DNA from: the human T2T-CHM13v2.0 reference genome, Homo sapiens
Reading direction: 5' to 3' (one strand)
Assembly (NCBI RefSeq): GCF_009914755.1
Contig: NC_060934.1
Length of the DNA: 64,000 nucleotides
In this document: positions 63,502 through 64,000 of the stretch, one piece after another
Position numbering within the stretch: the first letter of the stretch is position 1
How the letters are laid out: each line of letters starts with the position of its first letter
Notes under the pieces: model-generated
The model's input: only the letters and a program-made list of their open reading frames with translations
Databases searched by the model: none
Told to the model about the DNA's origin: nothing
Position numbers and translations under genes: made by a program

Positions 63502-64000
63502 GGCCAGGCGTGGTGGCTCAGTCCTGTAATCCCAGCACTTTGGGAGGCAGAGGCAGGGGCAGACCATGAGGTCAAAAGATTGAGACCATCCTGGCCAGCA
63601 TGATGAAACCCCATCCCTACTAAAATATGAAAATTAGCTGGCCATGGTGGTGTGCACCTGTAGTCCCAGCTGCTATTTGGGGAGTCTCTTATGTGTAGCT
63701 GAATGTAATTGCTTAATCATATACCAATAAATCAATGATGGTGCTCTAAAGGTCAAGAGCCATCACAAACTCCAACCACATTTAAAATCCATGGAGTTTA
63801 GTCCTCACATCCAGATCCATTGAATCTTACAATTCCTAGTATTGCCTACACATACTAACTACCTTAAATCTTGCAAATCGATTCTGTCCAAAGCTGCTTT
63901 CTACCTATGTCATAGCACCTGCTCAGGAGGCTGAGGCAGGAGAATCGCTTGAACACGGAAGGTGGAGGTTGCAGTGAGCGGAGATTGTGCACTGCACTCC
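63502..64000 (+). mobile_element. AluS interrupted by a 244-bp non-Alu insert; runs off the window end
   Basis: ...gtcccagctgct [insert] ctgctcaggaggctgagg... Confidence 0.9.

Overview
Primate (almost certainly human) genomic DNA. The whole window lies inside the TBC1D12 gene (Rab-GAP/TBC family, + strand). Two short internal coding exons are readable: 26996-27119 ([41 protein letters not shown]) and 59743-59858 ([39 protein letters not shown]). They splice in frame across a 32.6 kb intron. Neither appears in the supplied ORF track, whose entries are almost all Alu, L1, LTR or microsatellite artefacts. The rest is intron packed with about 50 Alus, L1 remnants (including a roughly 10 kb L1MC-type copy nested in an older L1), L2/MIR/CR1, MaLR and ERVL LTRs, DNA transposons (MER2, MER44A, MER119, MER20, Charlie1, MER1) and an intact antisense LTR12 solo LTR inside an Alu. 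I see no new multi-gene biological system. The most unusual structures are: (1) a composite templated insertion at 51063-51492, copied from two sites about 1.95 kb upstream and downstream and lying in a TA-type microsatellite; (2) a candidate 36-nt poison microexon beginning ATG-TGA at 32735-32770; (3) several fold-back or templated repair scars; (4) a strong CTCF-like motif; (5) the antisense LTR12 promoter. Repeat subfamily names come from recalled consensus sequences, not a RepeatMasker run, and repeat boundaries are approximate (about 10-30 bp).
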